Shown here one piece after another: positions 32,590 to 36,827 of a DNA stretch of 36,827 bases. Position 1 is the first letter of the stretch, and each line of letters opens with the position of its first letter. The notes beneath the pieces were generated by a model. It was given only the letters and a program-made list of their open reading frames with translations. It was not told the origin of the DNA and did not search any database. This DNA is from a virus: positions 1-36,827 of IMG/VR virus record IMGVR_UViG_3300045988_021903; one strand, 5' to 3'. A program made the translations under genes and the position numbers.

Positions 32590-32627
32590 AAAAGCCGTGC
32601 CGAGTAGAAGCGGCGCGGCTTTTAACT
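32590..32627 (+). terminator. Rho-independent terminator between the SSB and polymerase genes
   Basis: AAAGCCGTGCCG (32591..32602) pairs with CGGCGCGGCTTT (32611..32622), including one G-U pair, followed by TTAACTTT. Confidence 0.65.
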
Positions 32628-32644
32628 TTAAAACCCCTAAAAAC

Positions 32645-34642
32645 ATGAAACCGATTTATATAGATTTTGAAACATTTTCCGGTGAGGATATTAAGAGCGG
32701 CGGGGCGTACCGATATACGCAATCGCCCGACTTCGAGATACTTCTTATCGGTTACGCGATCGAAGACGGAGACGTTAATATTATTGATATGACGCAGCCC
32801 GGATCGATCATAAAATTCGCCGCGTTTGCCCGTCTCATCTCTTCGCCCCAATATACGATAGTGGCACACAATGCCCAATTTGAACGCCTGTGTTTGAAGG
32901 CGTATAAGGTAGACATTCCTGCGGAGCGTTTCCTATGTACCGCAACTATGGCATTATACGCCGGATTCCCCGAAAGCTTGGGAAACCTTTCCAAAGCATT
33001 GGACTTGAAAGAAGGCAAGAAGGGTACAGGGCTAGCCCTTATAAAGTTCTTTTGCCAATATCAGAAGCCGACCAAAGCGAACCCGGAAGAGTACCGGAAC
33101 TTGTCAAAAGATTATCCGGAAAAGTGGGAGGAATTTATAGACTACCTTCGTTATGATATTCTTTCAGAACGTGAAGCACTGGCACGCCTAGATTATTGCA
33201 AGTTCCCACAGTCGGAAATAGACCTGTACAGGCTGGATCAAGACATTAACGACAACGGTATAGCCGTAGACATGGAACTAGCAGAACGCGCGGACGCCCT
33301 CAACGAGGAGTTTTGCGAGGAGCTGAAGAACCGGATTAAAACTAAGTACGGCATATCCTCTTTAAAGTCCACAATGCAACTAAAGGACTTTGTAATGATC
33401 CAAACCGGAAAGTCTTTCGATTCGTTCCGCAAAGAGGACATAGAGCAGATTATGCAGGAATGCGACAACGAACGAGTAGACGAGGTTTTGAACGCCCGGA
33501 AGATCATAAACAAGACTAGTAACGCCAAGTATACCGCGATGCGCAATTGCGTGTGCTTCGATGGACGGGTACACGGTTTGTACCGTTTCTATGGAGCGGG
33601 CCGTACTGGAAGATGGGCCGGTAGACTAGTCCAAATGCAGAACTTGCCGCGTAACTACATACACGACCTGGACGGCGCACGCGATAATGTTAAACACATG
33701 TGTTTGGCAGACTTTGAAACGTTTTGGGGAAATGTGCCTGACACGCTATCGCAGCTTATCAGAACAACGTTCGTAGCGCCCGCCGGCACTGTATTCCACG
33801 TTGCCGATTATTCGGCTATTGAAGCCCGTGTACTGGCGTGCCTATGCCGTGAAGATTGGCGTATTGAAGCGTTCCGCAACGGGAAAGATATCTACGTAGT
33901 GTCTGCAAGTATGACATTTAGTTTGCCCGAGGATCAATGCGGAAAAGGTACTCATTACCGCCAACAGGGTAAAGTGACAGAGCTAGCGCTAGGTTATGCC
34001 GGTTGGGTGGGTGCTATGGCTGCGATGGACTACGAGAATGCGATTGACCCGTCGTTGTACAAGGATATCATATTGAGATGGCGCGCGGCTTCTCCACGAA
34101 TAGTTGAGTTTTGGGAGGCGCTGGACAGCCGGGCGAAACTCTGTATTCGTAACAAGAAAGACGTGGAGGTTATCCGGTACGGTGTACACGTTTGTACTTT
34201 TCAATGGTTTAAAGAAAACAATTCTCTAGCAATTTTATTACCTTCGGGCCGTCGTTTGTTTTACCCGTTTTGCCGGATCGCCACAAAAAGCGTGAACGGA
34301 CGAGACAGGGAGGTTATAACATACAAGGGGCAGACCAATGGAATCTGGGTGAGTCTAGACACCTACGGCGGAAAGCTAGCCGAGAATATTACGCAGGCAA
34401 TCAGCCGTGACCTTTTGGCATACGGTATGCAAGAAATTGTAAAACGTTACCCGGCTGTTAAAATCGTGGGACATATCCACGACGAAACCGTTAACGAGAC
34501 CCCGCTAGATGTTTTTGGCGAGCCGACCGTATCACTAAGTGAGATTTGCGAAGCTATGGCCGCTACACCAAAATGGGCCGACCCGTTCGGTATTCCGCTA
34601 AAGGCAGAAGGATTTACTAGTAATTATTATAAGAAAGATTAA
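32645..34642 (+). CDS. Family A DNA polymerase with 3'-5' exonuclease domain (665 aa)
   Basis: Exo I DFET at 32663. Motif A DYSAIEARVLA at 33806. Motif B RQQGKVTELALGYAG. Motif C HIHDE at 34472. The ATG at 32645 follows the terminator; the track start 32597 is a GTG inside the hairpin. Confidence 0.9.
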   Translation: MKPIYIDFETFSGEDIKSGGAYRYTQSPDFEILLIGYAIEDGDVNIIDMTQPGSIIKFAAFARLISSPQYTIVAHNAQFERLCLKAYKVDIPAERFLCTATMALYAGFPESLGNLSKALDLKEGKKGTGLALIKFFCQYQKPTKANPEEYRNLSKDYPEKWEEFIDYLRYDILSEREALARLDYCKFPQSEIDLYRLDQDINDNGIAVDMELAERADALNEEFCEELKNRIKTKYGISSLKSTMQLKDFVMIQTGKSFDSFRKEDIEQIMQECDNERVDEVLNARKIINKTSNAKYTAMRNCVCFDGRVHGLYRFYGAGRTGRWAGRLVQMQNLPRNYIHDLDGARDNVKHMCLADFETFWGNVPDTLSQLIRTTFVAPAGTVFHVADYSAIEARVLACLCREDWRIEAFRNGKDIYVVSASMTFSLPEDQCGKGTHYRQQGKVTELALGYAGWVGAMAAMDYENAIDPSLYKDIILRWRAASPRIVEFWEALDSRAKLCIRNKKDVEVIRYGVHVCTFQWFKENNSLAILLPSGRRLFYPFCRIATKSVNGRDREVITYKGQTNGIWVSLDTYGGKLAENITQAISRDLLAYGMQEIVKRYPAVKIVGHIHDETVNETPLDVFGEPTVSLSEICEAMAATPKWADPFGIPLKAEGFTSNYYKKD

Positions 34643-34643
34643 C

Positions 34644-36827
34644 ATGGAAAAATACACCTTATCGCTTGCAGGTTCTTCGGCTTCATTGAAGTGGAAAGCC
34701 GTACGTATGACTTGGGAAGCATTTTTGGAAAGACTAGGAACGCCCGTTATCACTAACGAAACGGTACGCGAGTTCGATAGACTGGACAAGCCCGCTAAAT
34801 CATCCTTGAAGGACGTGGGCGGATTCATGGCTGGCGAGCTTTCCGGCCCGCAAAGACTTAAAAAGGCCGTTATGTCCCGTTCAATGATCACGCTAGATGT
34901 AGACTTCGGAGATGATCTTTTCCCGTTCGATTTTGCAGATCGTTTTCCGGGTGTGGCGGCAGCTATTTATACCACTAGATCAGACCGTCCCGGATCACGC
35001 CGTTACCGTCTTATTATGCCGTTTAAGGAAGAGGTTACGGACGTTACTATGTACGAAGCCGCGGCGCGTAAAGTAGCCGAGTTGTTAGGTATTGATCTAT
35101 TCGATAAAACAACGTTCCAACCGGAACGTATGATGTACTGGCAATCTCTTTCCAAAGATCAAACCGGACTATTCGAAGTATTCGAAGGTGAGCCGATCAG
35201 CGCGGAGTATCTAATAGGTTTGTACGGAGACAATGAAGAATGGCGCGACGTGCGCAAATGGGCGTTCCATTCAGAAGTAGAACGTGATACCCGTGCCGTT
35301 ATTAGTAAAGAGATGGCGAAAGACCCCCGCGATAAAGGGGGTTTGGTAGGCGCTTTTTGCCGCTCGTACACGATACAGGCAGCAATAGACAAATACCTTT
35401 CAGACGTTTACACAGAAGCGGAAAACGGCCGCTATACGTACGTTCTTGGATCGGGTGCGGCTGGCTTAGTTGTGTATGACGACGTACTTTGTTTTTCTCA
35501 CCACTCAACCGACCCGATAGGAGACGGACACGCATACAACGCTTATGATTTGGTACGTGTGCACAAGTTCGGGCACCTGGGTAAGGAAGACAGCACCCGC
35601 GAGATGAACAAGCTAATTTGCGCCGATAAAGAATGCGTTAAGGATATGGTAGCCGTGGACGATGATCTAGCCGACTTCGAGGAGTACACGGACGATGTTA
35701 AGAGCGACGCGCAGACCGCCGAGGAACTTGTTTGGGACTTGGATAAAAAAGGCGATAAGCTGTGCACCGTGCGTAACTTCGTTAACGCTTTCAAATGTGA
35801 CCCGCTATTAAATGATCTGCTAGCTTATGACTTGTTTCTCGATACGATCGTGTACACCCGTACGCCGTTCTTCTCGAAAGACATCAAGAAGGGTGATATG
35901 TTGGACGACACAGCAGTAGCAATTATCCGTGGACGTATAGAGGATTTGCACGGTATTTATAATGACAGCAAATTAAACGATGCACTGGAAAAGGTTTGCA
36001 GTGAAAACGCTTTCCACCCTATCAAAAAATATCTAGAGGCGCAAAGGTGGGACGGCGTGAAACGTATTGATAATTTCTTAGTTGAATACATGGGCGCAGA
36101 ACCTAGTATATACGTTTCTGAGGCGTTCCGTAAAATGTTGGTTGCGGCTGTTGCTAGAGTTTATGAGCCGGGCCGCAAATTTGATACGGCGCTTGTTATG
36201 TATTCAGGACAGGGCGCGGGAAAGTCCACGCTTATACAGGCGTTGTCTAAAGGGTGGTTCAACGATTCATTAACGGACGTGTCCGGGCAAAAAGCATACG
36301 AGGCGATACAACATGCTTGGATCGTGGAGCTAGCCGAGTTGTCAGCCCTTCGCCGTTCGGACGTGGAAGCCACGAAGAACTTTATTAGCAAGCGTGAAGA
36401 TACGTATCGTAGTGCATACGCCCGCCGGGTAAAGACACACCGCCGACAATGTGTATTTTTCGGGTCTACAAATGATGATGAGTTTTTGAAGGACAAGACC
36501 GGCAACCGCCGTTTCTTTCCGATCGAGGTTTGCGCCAACAAGAACACGCACAAACTTTTTGAAAAGTCTTTCGAGGCGGTGGTAGACCAACTTTGGGCGG
36601 AAGCAATGGAGCTGTACATGTTGGGTGAAAGCCTTGTTTTGTCTGACGAAGCCGAAGCGATTGCCAACGAGGGACGTGAAGAATTTACAGAAGAAAGTCC
36701 GCTAGTAGGTATTATAGAAAACTACGTAGATAAGCTTTTCCCGGCCGACTACGAAGATCGCACCGAACAACAACGCGCTGACTTCCTATCCGGATCGCTG
36801 GAAGAAGTGGGAACGGTTCAAAAAAAC
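34644..36827 (+). CDS. Bifunctional AEP-type primase / VirE (D5-like) helicase; open at the window end and continuing in 1..306 (796 aa in total)
   Basis: Not in the ORF track because there is no stop before the window end. MITLDVDFGDD (34884) is the AEP DxD motif, followed by FSHHSTDP...NAYDLVRVHKFG. Walker A GQGAGKST is at 36207..36230. The frame is continuous with 1..306. Confidence 0.85.
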   Translation, partial: MEKYTLSLAGSSASLKWKAVRMTWEAFLERLGTPVITNETVREFDRLDKPAKSSLKDVGGFMAGELSGPQRLKKAVMSRSMITLDVDFGDDLFPFDFADRFPGVAAAIYTTRSDRPGSRRYRLIMPFKEEVTDVTMYEAAARKVAELLGIDLFDKTTFQPERMMYWQSLSKDQTGLFEVFEGEPISAEYLIGLYGDNEEWRDVRKWAFHSEVERDTRAVISKEMAKDPRDKGGLVGAFCRSYTIQAAIDKYLSDVYTEAENGRYTYVLGSGAAGLVVYDDVLCFSHHSTDPIGDGHAYNAYDLVRVHKFGHLGKEDSTREMNKLICADKECVKDMVAVDDDLADFEEYTDDVKSDAQTAEELVWDLDKKGDKLCTVRNFVNAFKCDPLLNDLLAYDLFLDTIVYTRTPFFSKDIKKGDMLDDTAVAIIRGRIEDLHGIYNDSKLNDALEKVCSENAFHPIKKYLEAQRWDGVKRIDNFLVEYMGAEPSIYVSEAFRKMLVAAVARVYEPGRKFDTALVMYSGQGAGKSTLIQALSKGWFNDSLTDVSGQKAYEAIQHAWIVELAELSALRRSDVEATKNFISKREDTYRSAYARRVKTHRRQCVFFGSTNDDEFLKDKTGNRRFFPIEVCANKNTHKLFEKSFEAVVDQLWAEAMELYMLGESLVLSDEAEAIANEGREEFTEESPLVGIIENYVDKLFPADYEDRTEQQRADFLSGSLEEVGTVQKN
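36729..36827. repeat. Terminal overlap copy 2, identical to 1..99
   Basis: Same 99 nt as the window start (gataagcttttcccggccgac...ggttcaaaaaaac). Confidence 0.95.

Noticed and set aside
36161-36667. Long minus-strand ORFs, including 168 aa here, 160 aa at 16755..17237, 156 aa at 20333..20803 and 141 aa at 10244..10669.
   Set aside because: Each lies entirely antisense to a longer + strand gene with recognisable motifs (VirE helicase, BACON protein, tape measure, terL). Their products are low-complexity (Ser/Ala/Arg-rich). No minus-strand promoter or gene context exists. They are shadow ORFs.
1-36827. Alternative genetic code (TAG or TGA recoding), as seen in some gut phages.
   Set aside because: All recognisable genes are intact and full-length under the standard code. 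Coding density is about 93% without invoking read-through.

Overview
The window is a complete tailed dsDNA phage genome (Caudoviricetes) written as a linearised circle. Bases 1..99 are identical to 36729..36827, so the unit length is 36,728 bp, and the arbitrary origin cuts the primase/helicase gene (34644..36827 continues into 1..306). All ~54 credible genes are on the + strand and tightly packed, with many ATGA/TAATG stop-start overlaps.

There are two modules.
- **Early/replication/accessory module**, from ~29470 across the junction to 8675: HTH protein, DUF2800-type PD-(D/E)XK nuclease, DUF2815-type SSB, family-A DNA polymerase, AEP primase + VirE-type helicase, about 20 small ORFs of unknown function, VRR-NUC nuclease, SNF2 helicase, Dam-like MTase and small membrane proteins.
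- **Late module**, 9277..28974: terS, terL, an 801-aa fibre-like protein, neck-like proteins, a 739-aa BACON-repeat protein, a 579-aa Dit-like protein, tape measure, protease-scaffold, major capsid, three tandem paralogs, a portal-like protein, holin, M15 endolysin and a spanin-like protein.

Six canonical Bacteroidota promoters (TTTG-N18-19-TAnnTTTG in four, a -7 box alone or with poor -33 spacing in two), A-rich SD-less leaders and the BACON domains point to a Bacteroidales (gut) host. I found no integrase, RT, tRNA, CRISPR array or stop-codon recoding.

The most interesting unexplained signals are:
- A duplicated ~200-nt AT-rich non-coding element with its own variant promoter box, sitting in the only two large non-coding gaps (8676..9276 and 28975..29479), which are exactly the two module boundaries.
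- Iteron- or operator-like repeats upstream of terS.
- A ~115-aa module shared by the two fibre-like proteins and nested inside a BACON domain.
- Three tandem paralogs after the capsid gene.
- A non-canonical order of the morphogenesis genes.

All functional calls come from motif recognition by eye. No database search was run.
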